A stretch of 64,000 nt of DNA from an uncultured Gemmatimonadales bacterium (GCA_963821525.1 CAWGED010000019.1:736001-800000), one strand, 5' to 3'. Numbered from the stretch's first letter, positions 19,670 through 30,907 are shown. The notes: a model not told the origin generated them from the sequence alone. Program-made: numbers and translations.

Positions 19670-22306
19670 CTAGCGCTGGTTGAGCCTCATCAACTTCCAG
19701 GTCCCGCCGTCGGGGCGGAAGATGCCCTGATAGCGAATTCGCTGGGTCTCAGTCGGAAGCCCTGAATAAGTGAGTGCCAGCCGGAGCTGGAACTGCTCCT
19801 CGGCCGAGGTCGCTTCGATGGTTGGGGCCTGCGCGTCCTCGAGAACGGCCTCGAACTTCGTGATACTCTTTTCGTTGAGCAGCTTGCCCCAGTCGCTCTC
19901 CTCCGCAGGCGTCATTCCCGGATATGCCTGACGAAGTCGTGTCATGTCGCGGCTGTTGAGAGCCGCGACGAACGCGGCGATGCCCTTCCCCACCTGATCA
20001 ACCGCGCGGGCTTTCTCTGCCGCTGGATCCACCGGGGGCGGACCGGTTACCCGGATCTTCGCCGTAGTCGCCTTCCCCTCGCTCGTGGCGGAGATCGTTG
20101 CGGTCCCGGGACTGCGCGCGATGACCAGCCCGCCCGAGACCGTCGCTACGTTGGGATCGCTCGATTCCCAGGTCGTTTGCCGGTTGGCCAGCGCACCGCC
20201 CTTCGCGTCACGCGCGGCGGCGTTCAATCGGACGCTGTCTCCTACATTGAGATCACTCGGTGCACCGGTCAGGCCCAGCGAGGCAACCGGCACCGCGCTC
20301 ACGGTGATCGTGGCACTGGCCGACCTTCCCTCACTGCTCGCTGTCACCACCACGGTTCCCGGTCCCACCGCCAGGATTTGACCGTTGGGAAACACCGAAA
20401 CCGCTGATGAGCTGGATGTCCAGGTGATGGTGCGATCCTCGAGGCGCTTGCCGCTTCCGTCTCGCAGAACGGCGGAGAGCGCCATCGTGCTACCGACGGC
20501 GAGCGGAGCGGCGTCGGGGACGACCGACATCGCCGCAATCGGCTCGCGGGCCGGTGGCTGGGTCGCGGGAGGAACGACCTCGATCTTCGTCGTGGTGCTG
20601 CGTCCCTCCACAGTTGCGATGATTGTTGCCTGTCCCGGCCGCAGCGCCCGGAGAGTGCCGTTCTCGGTTACCCTGGCGACACCGGGTGCGGAGCTCGACC
20701 ACTCGATCCGCCGGTCGAGGAGCGGAGTACCATCTGCCGCTTCGGCCACCGCCGAGAGCTTCAGGCTCTCACCGACCTGGAACGAGGAACGGGACAGCGC
20801 CAGCGTCACCCGGTCCACCGCCTTGGGTGGAGACCCCGTGGTTACAGAATCCGTTGTGGGCGCGTTGACCGCGGCAGGCGGCGCCGGAGTCGGTGTCTCC
20901 GCCACGGTTGATTCCGCCGGTGCAACCGGCGGAGACATCGAGTCTTCCCTCTCCCCGTTGCGCCGCGCCACCGCGAAGGTCACCACTCCGGCGAGCACGA
21001 CCGCCGCCGCAATCCAGGGAACCCGGGACCGCCGGCGCGGAGCACGGCTCGGCAGGTGGACCGCCGGTGCCTGGACCGCCGCACGCGGTGGAGTTACCGG
21101 GGTGTCTCCCGCCACCGCCGGCTGGGCCATCCTCGGGTACTGAATTGTCTCGCCAAGCGAACCCGGGGCAACCGGTGTCTGCGAGTCTGCCAGAACTTCG
21201 CTCGGCACGGTGGTGCGTCCGGAACGACGGACCGCCGGCGCCGGACTGGTCGGCGTGCTGATCCGCCTGGTGAGCCCGGCGTTTTCACTGCTCAGCGCCA
21301 TCGAGATGAGCTGCTTCCGAGTCGGGTCGTCGTGCGGCAGCGGAGATGCCCCTATGGCAGCGACGGCGTCATCAATCGTAGGCCACCGCTTCTCGGGTTC
21401 CTTTTCCAGCATGCGCATCACGATTTCCGCGAGCCTTGGCGGGCAATCGGTACGCGAATCCAGGATCGGCTTGGGAGTCTCCTGGAACTGCGCGAACATC
21501 ACCGCCATCGCGGAGTCGGCGCTGAATGGCGGAAGGCCGGTCAACATCTCATACGCGACAATGCCGAGCGAGTACTGGTCCGATGCGCCGGTCACTTCCT
21601 TGCCCAGACACTGCTCCGGGCTCATGTAGGCCGGTGTGCCGACGGTTACGCCGGTCACCGTGAGACCGGTCGCGGAAGACACCTTGGCAATACCGAAATC
21701 CGTCACGACCACCCAGCCTTCGTCGTCGATCATGATGTTGGCCGGCTTCACGTCGCGATGAATCACCCCGCGGCGGTGAGCGTAACCCAGGGCACTGCCC
21801 GCCTGGGACAGGATGGTCTGGACCATCGGGATCGGGAGTCCGCCGGCGATCTTGAGGATGGGGTCCAGCGACTGCCCAGCGATGAACTTCATCGCGAAGA
21901 ACAGGAGCGGGTAGCGATCCCGCACCGCGTAGATCGGAATGATGTGCGGATGGTTGAGCGCGGCCGCCGTCCTGGCTTCGCGCCGGAAGCGCTCCGCCAT
22001 GCCCTCGTCCACGATGGCCGAGGACATCACTTTGATAGCCACCTTGCGATCGAGGGCGATATCGTGCGCCAGGTAGACCGTTGCCATACCGCCACGGCCC
22101 ACCTCTGTCAGAATCTCGTAGTCTCCCAAGGTCTCGGCCTTGAGTCGCTCGAGCAGCGCGTCCTGGATTGACTTGGGAATTACCGCGGACGAGGCGAAGC
22201 CAGTGCCCAACGCCCCCTGCGAGACGTCTATGCCACAGTGCTGACAGAACCGGGCATCCGGGGTTATTGGCCGGCCGCAGTTGCGGCAGGCGGCTTCCGT
22301 GGTCAT
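19670..22306 (-). CDS. Membrane Ser/Thr protein kinase with zinc ribbon and three Big_2 domains
   Basis: CRNCG/FCQHCG; GRGGMATV, HRDVKPAN, DFG, YMSPE; one TM; WSSS/WTSS/WESS Ig repeats. Confidence 0.9.
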   Translation of the reverse strand: MTTEAACRNCGRPITPDARFCQHCGIDVSQGALGTGFASSAVIPKSIQDALLERLKAETLGDYEILTEVGRGGMATVYLAHDIALDRKVAIKVMSSAIVDEGMAERFRREARTAAALNHPHIIPIYAVRDRYPLLFFAMKFIAGQSLDPILKIAGGLPIPMVQTILSQAGSALGYAHRRGVIHRDVKPANIMIDDEGWVVVTDFGIAKVSSATGLTVTGVTVGTPAYMSPEQCLGKEVTGASDQYSLGIVAYEMLTGLPPFSADSAMAVMFAQFQETPKPILDSRTDCPPRLAEIVMRMLEKEPEKRWPTIDDAVAAIGASPLPHDDPTRKQLISMALSSENAGLTRRISTPTSPAPAVRRSGRTTVPSEVLADSQTPVAPGSLGETIQYPRMAQPAVAGDTPVTPPRAAVQAPAVHLPSRAPRRRSRVPWIAAAVVLAGVVTFAVARRNGEREDSMSPPVAPAESTVAETPTPAPPAAVNAPTTDSVTTGSPPKAVDRVTLALSRSSFQVGESLKLSAVAEAADGTPLLDRRIEWSSSAPGVARVTENGTLRALRPGQATIIATVEGRSTTTKIEVVPPATQPPAREPIAAMSVVPDAAPLAVGSTMALSAVLRDGSGKRLEDRTITWTSSSSAVSVFPNGQILAVGPGTVVVTASSEGRSASATITVSAVPVASLGLTGAPSDLNVGDSVRLNAAARDAKGGALANRQTTWESSDPNVATVSGGLVIARSPGTATISATSEGKATTAKIRVTGPPPVDPAAEKARAVDQVGKGIAAFVAALNSRDMTRLRQAYPGMTPAEESDWGKLLNEKSITKFEAVLEDAQAPTIEATSAEEQFQLRLALTYSGLPTETQRIRYQGIFRPDGGTWKLMRLNQR

Positions 22307-22466
22307 GAGGTGATGACGGTCCGGCGCATACGGTCCTGCGATTCTTTCTGGGCTCAAAAAGGCACCGAATCGGTACCCTTTGATCAATCTACATAACGCC
22401 CCCCGAAACAGAACCCTCGGGGCTCGGCAACCTGAGCTAACTCTTTGACTGGCGAGGATCTCCACA

Positions 22467-22886
22467 ATGTTTCATACCCATTACCTCTGGTTCCAGACCA
22501 GGCAGCGCCAGGAGATCCTCGATATCACCGACGAGGTGGCCGAGCAGGTCGGGAAGAGCGGGGTAAAGGAAGGCATGGTCCTCGTCTCTGCCATGCATAT
22601 CAGCGCCTCGGTGTTCGTCAACGACCATGAGTCAGGACTGTGGCACGACATCCTGCATTGGCTGGAGAACACCGTGGCGCCGTGGGATCCCAAACGCTAC
22701 CGGCACAATGAGACGGGGGAGGACAATGCGGCCGCACACCTGAGGAGCCTGACGTTAGGGCACGAGGTGATCGTACCGATCACGGCCGGAAAACTCGACC
22801 TGGGACCCTGGCAGCGGGTGTTCTACGGCGAATGGGACGGTCAGCGGCGCAAACGGGTCATCATCAAGGTGTTGGGGGAGGCTTGA
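22467..22886 (+). CDS. yjbQ: Secondary thiamine-phosphate synthase family (UPF0047)
   Basis: DITD, HISASV, DNAAAHL, LDLGPWQ, EWDG.R. Confidence 0.9.
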   Translation: MFHTHYLWFQTRQRQEILDITDEVAEQVGKSGVKEGMVLVSAMHISASVFVNDHESGLWHDILHWLENTVAPWDPKRYRHNETGEDNAAAHLRSLTLGHEVIVPITAGKLDLGPWQRVFYGEWDGQRRKRVIIKVLGEA

Positions 22887-24750
22887 CCGCTTTCACGGTC
22901 AGCTTGGCCTTCACCTCGCTGTCTTTCACCGCGGCGGCGAGGGTCTGAACACCCGGCTTCTCTCCCAAAGTCCACTTGGTCGCCGCCACGCCATGCGCAT
23001 CGGTCACCACGCGCGCGGGACTGACCTTGCCACCCACTGGCAAGAAGGTGACGGTGCGATTCGCGATCGGATTTCCGTAGGTGTCCTTGAGGACCACCTT
23101 GAGCGGCTGGGGGAGCGATCGTCCTACCGAGCCCTGCGCGGGAGGACTGGTGAAGCCGAGACTCGCGGGGCTGCGGGGAAGGCCCTTGGCGGTGACGACC
23201 AGCTCCTTCTCGATTGGCGACGCGAGCACCGTGAGGCGCTGCGTCCCTGCGGCGCTGCCGAGGGTCCAGCGCCCATAGGCGATTCCGGCGGAATCGGTGG
23301 TGACGGTGCTGTCTCCCACGCTTCCCGATTCCGGCCGCAGCACGACTGGAGCGCTGGAGATCCGATTGCCGAACCGGTCAGAAACCCGAACCGCGATCGG
23401 CGCCTTGAGCGAGCTGCTTACTCCGCCGGACTGACCAGCACCACTTACCAGAGAAAGCGAGTAGGGACGGCCCGGCTCGGCCTTGCTCTTGATCGTAAGC
23501 GCGGGAATCTCGCGGGAGTCTCCGACCTGAACTCGAAGCCGCTGGCTCCCCGCCTTGGATCCCAGCTTCCATGTCGCACGAGCGTGACCGAGTGAGTCGG
23601 TTCGTTCGGCGATGGCGCCGGCTTTGCCGCCATCGAGCGCGAGCCAGTCTACCGGAATGTCGGCGAGTGGCGCACCAGTGGAATCGGTCACACTCACGAC
23701 CACCGGACTCGCGAGCGAGTCTCCCGCGGGGGCACCCCCCACCGGACTGGCAAGCACCAGACGGGTGTTGGCCGGAACCGGATCGGCTTCGGCGGTGACC
23801 GTGACGACACTGTCCAGGCCCGCGACTACCACGGTCAGTCGCTGCCGCCCGGGCCGGTCCGCCAGCGTCCAGGTGGACCGGGCTCGGCCTGCTGCGTCGG
23901 TCAGCGCCGTTTCTTCGGTCGAAGCCGGCTCGGCGGCGAATCGCACCGGAACGCCATCCATCGGACGCCCGCCCCGAGAGAGAACCTGTACTATCACCGG
24001 CTGCGCCAGAGCGCGGCCAGCCTGGGCGCGCTGCCCCTTCCCTGCTACAACCGTGACAGATGAGGCAACCGGCACCACGGCGATCTCGATTCGCGCCGAG
24101 ATACCCTGGACCCGGGCCTCGAGCATCGTGCGACCGGGGGTGACCCCGGTAATAGCACCGGCGCTGTCTATCCTGGCGATGCTGGAGTCACTGGCAGCCC
24201 ACTGTACCGGCCACCCCGCGAGCGCGTGACCACGTGCGTCGAGAGTCACGGCGGCCGCCGGGCGACGCTCGCCCTCGGGAACCCGGAAGCTGCTGTCGAA
24301 CTGGATCTGCACCGCCGCCACCACGGGACGCACGGCTACTCGGGCACGGGCAACTCTTTCGCCCGCCGCGGCGACGATCGTGGTGATCCCCTCTTTGAGC
24401 GCGACCACCGTCCCCGCGCTGTCCACACTCGCCACCGTCGGGTCATCGACGCTCCAGGACGGCGCGCCGGAAACGAGGGAGCCGTGATCGTCCTTGAGGG
24501 TCGCAGTGAGCTGAATCGTGTCGCCGATCGATCGCGCAGTGTCTGCCTGGGGCATGATCCCGACCCAAACCACGTTCCCATGAGTCGGCTTGGAAGGCTT
24601 CGTATCCTCGAGGATCCCCGTCGCTCGGGCGAAGGTCAGAATCGAAATCGTCGCCGCGCCAGCCGAGAGTGTCCCGGCTGCAACCTTGAGGGCGTGCATG
24701 GTGCCGCGCGTGAGCGGGTGAGACGCCAAGAAAGAGCGCGGGGTGGTCAT
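22864..24750 (-). CDS. Multi Ig-like domain (Big_2/Big_1) surface protein
   Basis: Repeated TD..G.A...WTL motifs and W.VDDPTVASV; N-terminal hydrophobic segment. Confidence 0.8.
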   Translation of the reverse strand: MTTPRSFLASHPLTRGTMHALKVAAGTLSAGAATISILTFARATGILEDTKPSKPTHGNVVWVGIMPQADTARSIGDTIQLTATLKDDHGSLVSGAPSWSVDDPTVASVDSAGTVVALKEGITTIVAAAGERVARARVAVRPVVAAVQIQFDSSFRVPEGERRPAAAVTLDARGHALAGWPVQWAASDSSIARIDSAGAITGVTPGRTMLEARVQGISARIEIAVVPVASSVTVVAGKGQRAQAGRALAQPVIVQVLSRGGRPMDGVPVRFAAEPASTEETALTDAAGRARSTWTLADRPGRQRLTVVVAGLDSVVTVTAEADPVPANTRLVLASPVGGAPAGDSLASPVVVSVTDSTGAPLADIPVDWLALDGGKAGAIAERTDSLGHARATWKLGSKAGSQRLRVQVGDSREIPALTIKSKAEPGRPYSLSLVSGAGQSGGVSSSLKAPIAVRVSDRFGNRISSAPVVLRPESGSVGDSTVTTDSAGIAYGRWTLGSAAGTQRLTVLASPIEKELVVTAKGLPRSPASLGFTSPPAQGSVGRSLPQPLKVVLKDTYGNPIANRTVTFLPVGGKVSPARVVTDAHGVAATKWTLGEKPGVQTLAAAVKDSEVKAKLTVKAVKPPPTP

Positions 24751-24760
24751 TGGTTTTCCC

Positions 24761-24800
24761 CTTGTCCGCCCCGTCCGTCTTGTCCGCCCCGTCCGACCGC
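24761..24800. repeat. Tandem 9/18-mer repeat (CTTGTCCGCCCCGTCCGW x2)
   Basis: Seen directly in the intergenic gap. Confidence 0.7.
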
Positions 24801-24802
24801 TT

Positions 24803-26072
24803 TCAGTTCGGCGCATGTACCCCGTTCCCCCCATAGTTCCGATCAGCCCCAAATGCCTGCGACTCCAACGGGAACGGTCGAGTGTTGTCCACCTTGGCCA
24901 GGAACTGCTTCACAGATCCGGGGAATGGCGACGGGCTCGCGTGACCGCCGAAGGGATCGGTGTACCAGACCTTGGGCCCCGCGGCGTTGTTGATGACCGT
25001 TTGATTGAAGTAGACCTCGCGAGTGAGCCCGTTGAGCTGGGAACGCGGATCGTCCCAGGTGACGTCCTGCACCTGACCGTTTGAAGTGGATGCGTCACAG
25101 GCTCCGCCATGAGCCTGATCGCCGTTGGAGTCCTTCTCATAACACGCCGCAAGCGAGCGGCCGGTCAGATCACTCCGATTTCCATCGAAGAACCGGCTCG
25201 GTGCAAACACCGCGAAGTGGGGATCGAAATAGGCGAGCTGAGTGCCATCCACTTTCCGGATGTAGTTGCCGCTGACCCAGTCCTCGTAGAGTCCCTGGCT
25301 GAACTGGGAGAACTGGCCGCTGGGAACCAGGATGAACTGGTCAACGCAGCTCCGGTCGGGGATGAACCGCACCCCGTTGCCCATCGGAGAATTCGCCGGG
25401 GTGGCGGCGCCGGCCTGGATGTGGGTGCTCTTGTCGCAGGAGCGGACGAACTCGCCGGGAGCGCCGAAAGCCACCATCAGGGTCGCGTGAATCTCGGTGC
25501 CGTCGTCGCAACGGACGTGGTATGCCAGCTCGTGAAGGTTGTTGGTGAAAGCATCCTTCGAGTGGGTGCCCTGGTGAACCTTGGTGAGGAAGTCACAGGT
25601 GACTCCCACATCCACCCGGCCGTTGCCCACGATTTTCTGCAGGTGGACTCCATTCTCCCACTCGATCTTGTGGCCGACATGGTCCTCGTGCCGCTGACCA
25701 CTCAGGATCCCACGTGTCGAGCGCCTCGTTGGCGACGCCAAAGGGGATCGGACCGGTGGTCGAGTAGAGATTGCTGCCGCTTGGGTCGCGGCCGTGTTCG
25801 TGGCCGAACCGGCAACCGGTTTGGGGATCGATCGGAGGATGCCAGGTTGGATACAGCTTGCCGTCGGGACCCACCACCGAATAGCGGTCGTGGATCTCCC
25901 TGGAGCAGGTGTCCCAGTGGCTTGGGGTCCACTGGCCGTAGGCGTGGCTTAACGCCGGAGTCGGGCCCAGCCCGGACGAGGAAGCGCTATCGGCGGTGCA
26001 GGCTCCCCAGAGCCCGCCCGCGATCAATGCGATCCCCAGCATGGCCCCGTAACGTGCCGTAGCGCCTGCCAT
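24803..26072 (-). CDS. Secreted/lipoprotein hypothetical protein (frameshift near 25700)
   Basis: Lipobox-like WGAC; PTWHPP, FGHEHGRDP, RHEDHVGHK, HQGTH; two ORFs join. Confidence 0.7.
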
Positions 26073-26209
26073 TGGCACCTCGCGCCCCGCACCGCCCCAA
26101 CCGTGCCCTCCCCGCCCCACCCTCCTTGGGTAGGTGGACTATCTGCAGGACTCCTGCCGCCTACAAGGCGATAGAAATCATACAGATGAGAAGTTTGACA
26201 GCGGAAAAA

Positions 26210-27430
26210 TCAGGCGCTGGCGATCAGTCCCGGAGGGGGTCCGACAACCCGGTTTCGGCCCGCTTCTTTGGCGGCGAAAAGCCGGTTGTCGGCCGTGTCG
26301 AGCAGGTCTTCCGCGCTGGTACCGTCGGCCCCGTAAACCGCGATTCCGGCGCTGATGGTGAGGTGGAGAGCCTCGAGCCTGCGAGGCAGGAGAATGGGAA
26401 CTCCGGCTATTCTATTGCGAATCGCCTCGACGCGCTCGAAGGCAGCCGCCGGGTCCATGCCGGGGAACACCGCGACGAATTCCTCGCCACCGTAGCGGAC
26501 GATGAGATCGCTCTGGCGGATCGACTCGAGAATCGATCGGGCCACCATACGCAGAGCGACATCCCCCGCGGCATGCCCATAGGTGTCATTGAACCGCTTG
26601 AAGAAATCCACGTCGATCATCGCCATGGTGAGCGGCTGACCGTAGCGGCGAGCCCGGCTCAGCTCGATGATGACCCGCTCGTCGAAATAGCTCCGGTTGG
26701 GAAGCCCGGTAAGACGGTCGCTGCGGGAAAGCCTCCGCAGGCTCTGGGAGCGGAGGACGATCGCCGCGGCCAGAATCGAGGCCACGCCGAGGAGGATGAG
26801 ACGGGAGATCTGGGTGGACCAGTCGAACAGGCCGTAGGGGAACGGAGCGTAGCGCGGGTCGTTGAGGTCCCAGAGCGAAGTGGCGACGAGGACCAATGCC
26901 GTGTATTCGACGATCGCCAGGAGTCCCGCGGCGAGGGAGACTCGCGAGTCGTAGCGGAGACTGGTTGCCCCGATGGCGAGGAAATACACCTCGAAGGTGG
27001 GGCGGCTGTTGACGGTGGTGTGCGGCTCTCCCAGCAGGAGGAAGACTCCCAGCGCGGCACTGACGAACGTGACGTCCATCAGGCTGCTGGCAAAGCCCAG
27101 CCAGGGCCGGTAGAAACCGCGCCCCAGGACGTAGTACAGGATCGCCGCGAAGAGGAGAGCCGAAAGATTGGTCGAGATCCCGACCGCGGACTCGGCGACG
27201 TTGTTGCCGAACAGAATGCTGCTGAGCGGAATCGGAAGGAGCAGCAGGATCAACAGCAGACGCACCCGGGCGACGAGAAGCTCGCCTTGCGCGCCGGCGT
27301 CTACCTGGAGCGGATCGGGTGGAGAGAGAAGTCGCTTGAAGATCCCCGGTTCGGGCGGAGGCGGCGCCCCTGGCCCGGGAATGGCCATCGCACGCGAGGT
27401 CCGTCTCGTGTGGCGGTAAGGGGTGGTCAC
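26210..27430 (-). CDS. Membrane-anchored diguanylate cyclase
   Basis: DRLTGLPNR, DVDFFKRFND.YGH..GD, RxxD I-site, GGEEF; about 6 TMs. Confidence 0.92.
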   Translation of the reverse strand: MTTPYRHTRRTSRAMAIPGPGAPPPPEPGIFKRLLSPPDPLQVDAGAQGELLVARVRLLLILLLLPIPLSSILFGNNVAESAVGISTNLSALLFAAILYYVLGRGFYRPWLGFASSLMDVTFVSAALGVFLLLGEPHTTVNSRPTFEVYFLAIGATSLRYDSRVSLAAGLLAIVEYTALVLVATSLWDLNDPRYAPFPYGLFDWSTQISRLILLGVASILAAAIVLRSQSLRRLSRSDRLTGLPNRSYFDERVIIELSRARRYGQPLTMAMIDVDFFKRFNDTYGHAAGDVALRMVARSILESIRQSDLIVRYGGEEFVAVFPGMDPAAAFERVEAIRNRIAGVPILLPRRLEALHLTISAGIAVYGADGTSAEDLLDTADNRLFAAKEAGRNRVVGPPPGLIASA

Positions 27431-27459
27431 GAGGGTTGGTCATTGGCCGTCGCGCCTTG

Positions 27460-27561
27460 AGCCGTAAGCCATAGGCTGTAAGCTAAGCTATTAGCCGTTA
27501 GCTGTTAGCGCCTTGCCATCAGCCGTCAGAGCTTACGGCCTATGGCTTAAGGCTTACGGCT
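27460..27561. repeat. Inverted tandem heptamer element (GCCGTAA / TTACGGC type)
   Basis: AGCCGTAAGCCATAGGCTGTAAGCT mirrored by AGCTTACGGCCTATGGCTTAAGGCTTACGGCT. Confidence 0.85.
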
Positions 27562-27570
27562 CTTCCTCCA

Positions 27571-29238
27571 TTACATCCCCCGATATTTGGGCCCGCTCCC
27601 CCCCTCGCGCGGGGTCCAGCGCGGGCCCAGCACGTCAGTGGCTTTGCAGTCAACGCAGTTCGGCGCGTTGATCCGCAGCTCGTCTCCCGACCGCTCGTAG
27701 ACACCCGCGGGACATACGTGGGAGTAGAAGTCTGCCACCTCGGGCCGATGTCCGGTCCCACCAGAAGATGTGTGGGGATCGTATCTCGGGTCGCGTTTCC
27801 CGATTTGAAGACTGCGTCGACCTTGCTGAAGGTGAGGACATTGTCGGGGACAAAAGGCGGCTCGGCGGCTCGGCGGCTCGGCGGCTGGCGCGGCGCCTCG
27901 GCGTCCTCCGGCATAGCGATCCGGCCGCCGGGCAGCTTGCCGCCGGTCAGGGTCATCAATCCCGCCTTGACCCCGCCCAGGTAGAACCCGTCCTTGAAGG
28001 CCAGCCTCATGTTGCGGGTGCGGTAGAGGTCCCCGGAGATGAAGCTGCCGTCCACGGTGCGATCGTAGGCTGAAAGCGCCGCTGCGGAGGTGTCGCCCGA
28101 CTTGAGTGCCGCGAATGCGGCTCGAGCGGCATAGATCCCGGACTGCATGGCGTAGTGAATGCCCTTGAGAGACGGCACATCTACGAATCCCGCCGCGTCT
28201 CCTACGATCAGCACTCCGTTACCCGATCGCCGTTCCGGGAGCGCGTAGTATCCCCCCTCGGGAATCGTCTTCGCTCCCCACTCCACCAGTTGCCCACCTT
28301 CGAAGTAGGGCTTGAAGAGCGGATGCAGCTTGAGCCGCTGCACGAGAACGTGGATGTCGAGATCCGCCTGATGATAGTCGAGCCCGACGACCATGCCCAC
28401 CACGATCATCCCCGGCCCCATCGGATACATGAAGCTGCCGCCGAACGCATCGGTTGGAAGCGGCCAACCGAGAGTGTGGATGACGCGGTCGAGCGGGCGC
28501 TTGGTCTCCCAGAGTTCTTTCACTCCGAGCGCGAAGATCTGGGGGTTGAGCGATTGAATGTCTTGCCACTGCTGGTAGGCCTGGGAGAGCGTGCCCCGAG
28601 TACCCTCCGAGAGCACCGTGATTTTCGCCGAAAGGTCGGTGGGTTCCTGATAAGAACTTCCCGGCTCGCCGTCACGGTCGAGACCGGAGGGCGTGGTGCG
28701 CACTCCTTTGACCGTCCGGCTCATCGACCAGGAGGGCGCCGGCGGGGAAGCCGGTGAAGACATTCACCCCCAATTCTTCGGCCTTCGCCCCGAGCCAGCG
28801 GACAATTTCACACAGGGACGCCGTGTAGAACCCGTGATTGTACATCGTGGGTGGCGTCGGGATCCGGACAGCCTTCCCCGCGGTGAGCAGGAGAACCGAT
28901 TCCTGACTCACCGGATCCTTGAACGGGAAATCGCTGTCGGATAGCTCCGGGAACAGCTCGCGAAAGGCACGCGGGTTGACCACCGCACCAGACAAACTGT
29001 GCTCGCCCAAGGCACCAGCCTTTTCGAGCACACCAATGTTGAGGTCGGGAAGTCCCCCACCCTGCTCCTGGTCCTTCCTGGCGAGCCGAGCCAGCTCGAT
29101 CGCGCCGGCCAGACCCGCGGGCCCCGCCCCGACGAACAGCACATCCATCTCGATCGCCTCGGCGCTCGGCGGCTGATCGAGAATCAATTGGTCCAGAGGT
29201 AGGCCGAGTTGGTGTCGCTTGGGGAGGATCGGCGTCAC
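27571..29238 (-). CDS. Electron transfer flavoprotein-quinone oxidoreductase (frameshifted)
   Basis: [31 protein letters not shown]-terminal CPAGVY / NCVDCK Fe-S region in another frame. Confidence 0.9.
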
Positions 29239-29293
29239 GTGCTGGGTGGTCCGGAGGTTGGGGGTTGAGGGTGAGAGAATATAGCCGGAACTA

Positions 29294-29486
29294 GAATGGC
29301 GGAATGGTGAATGGCGGAATGGGCGGAATGGTGAATGACTGGTCCGGAGGGGCCAGGAGCGCCATCAGCGACCGACTGTCAGACGGATGCCGTCAGCCAG
29401 GAGCTGTCGCCTGCCAGCGGATCCTTCACCGTTCGCATTCCGCCATTCCGCCATTCCGCCATTCCGCCATTCACCATTCCGCCATT
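29294..29486. repeat. Inverted tandem 7/8-mer element (AATGGCGG, AATGGTG / CCGCCATT)
   Basis: Arrays at 29294-29337 and 29436-29486 with a spacer of about 100 nt. Confidence 0.9.
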
Positions 29487-29503
29487 GTTAGATTCCCGCC
29501 ACC

Positions 29504-30824
29504 ATGCACACTCCCTCGATTCCCGGCTTCCGCCCCGTGCCGTTCACGGGCGTCATCTTCGTCATGGCCGAGGCGGCAAAGCACGGCTATCGGCCCAATA
29601 ACGCCGACTGGTGTAACCTGGGACAGGGGCAGCCGGAGACTGGGCCGCTGCCGGGTGCGCCGCCGCGGGTTACGGCCGTAGCGATTGATCCGGCAGACCA
29701 GGACTACGCCCCGGTGCCCGGGATTTCCGAGCTGCGGGCCGCGGTCGCCGAGCTTTACAATCAGCAGTACCGCCGCGGGCTCAAGTCGCAGTACACCGAG
29801 AAGAACGTGTGTATTTCCGGCGGGGGCCGGATGGGACTCACCCGCGCGGTCGCGGCGTTGGGGCAGATCAACCTCGGCCATTTCCTTCCCGACTACACCG
29901 CCTACGAAGAGCTGCTGGACATTTTCAAGCTCTTCACCGCGATCCCGATTCTGCTCGATGGCGGTGGAGGCTACCGGTTTTCGGTCGAGGATCTGCGGCG
30001 GGAGGTCACCGGGCGTGGCCTGTCGGCGGTGCTCTTGTCGAATCCGTGCAATCCTACTGGCCGAGTCATCCAGGGGAACGAGCTCAAAGGATGGGTGAGT
30101 CTATCCCGCGAGCTCCAATGCACGTTGCTGATCGATGAGTTTTACTCGAGGTATATCTGGGCGGGCAGGACGGACAGGGCGGACAAGAGCGAGCAAGGCG
30201 GACGAGGCGGACAGGGCGGGCGGAGTTGGAGTATCCGCGGCGCAATTCGTAGAGGATGTTGATCGCGATCCGGTGATCCTGTTCGACGGCCTCACCAAGA
30301 ACTGGCGCTATCCCGGCTGGCGCTGCACCTGGATCGTGGGTCCGCGGGCGGTGATCGATGCAGTCTCCAGCACCGGATCATTCCTCGATGGTGGCGGGAG
30401 CAAGCCGATGCAGCGCTCCGCCGTGTCACTCCTGGATCCGGCGGTGGTCGAGGCGGAAACCAATGCGATCCGCCAGGCCTTTGTCCCCAAGCGCGCGCTG
30501 CTGCTCGAAGGACTGCGGAAAGCGGGGATGCGTTTCGACCTCGATCCCCAGGGCACCTTCTACTGCTGGGCCGACGTATCGGCCCTGCCACCCTCACTGA
30601 ATGACGGGATGTCCTTCTTCCGCGCGGCGCTCAAGGAAAAAGTCATCTGCGTTCCGGGGGAGTTCTTCGACATCAATCCCGGCAAACGGCGGAGCGGTCG
30701 CCCCTCACGCTTCCGGAATCACGTGCGGTTCAGTTTTGGACCCGAGTTGAAAGTCGTGGAGGAGGGATTGCGGAGGATTCAGAAGATGGTGCAACGTGAA
30801 GCTGCAGAAAAGCGTGAGAAGTGA
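29504..30824 (+). CDS. PLP-dependent aminotransferase class I/II (frameshift near 30220)
   Basis: NLGQG.PE, SNPCNPTG, DEFY, GLTK.WRYPGWR, VRFSF. Confidence 0.88.
30160..30225 (+). repeat. Degenerate tandem 9-mer (GGCGGACAG-like) inside the aminotransferase gene
   Basis: GGCGGGCAG GACGGACAG GGCGGACAA GAGCGAGCAA GGCGGACGA GGCGGACAG. Confidence 0.75.
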
Positions 30825-30907
30825 GACGGGGACTGCAGAAAAGGTGCCAAGCGAGCAGGCGGTTCGGGTGAGAGCTCTCCTTCTCTTCTCACTTCTCACT
30901 TCTTACG
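30814..30907. repeat. Inverted tandem heptamer element (GTGAGAA / TTCTCAC)
   Basis: Between convergent genes and overlapping both 3' ends. Confidence 0.7.

Noticed and set aside
22864..22886. Convergent 23-nt gene overlap
   Set aside because: Common in compact high-GC genomes
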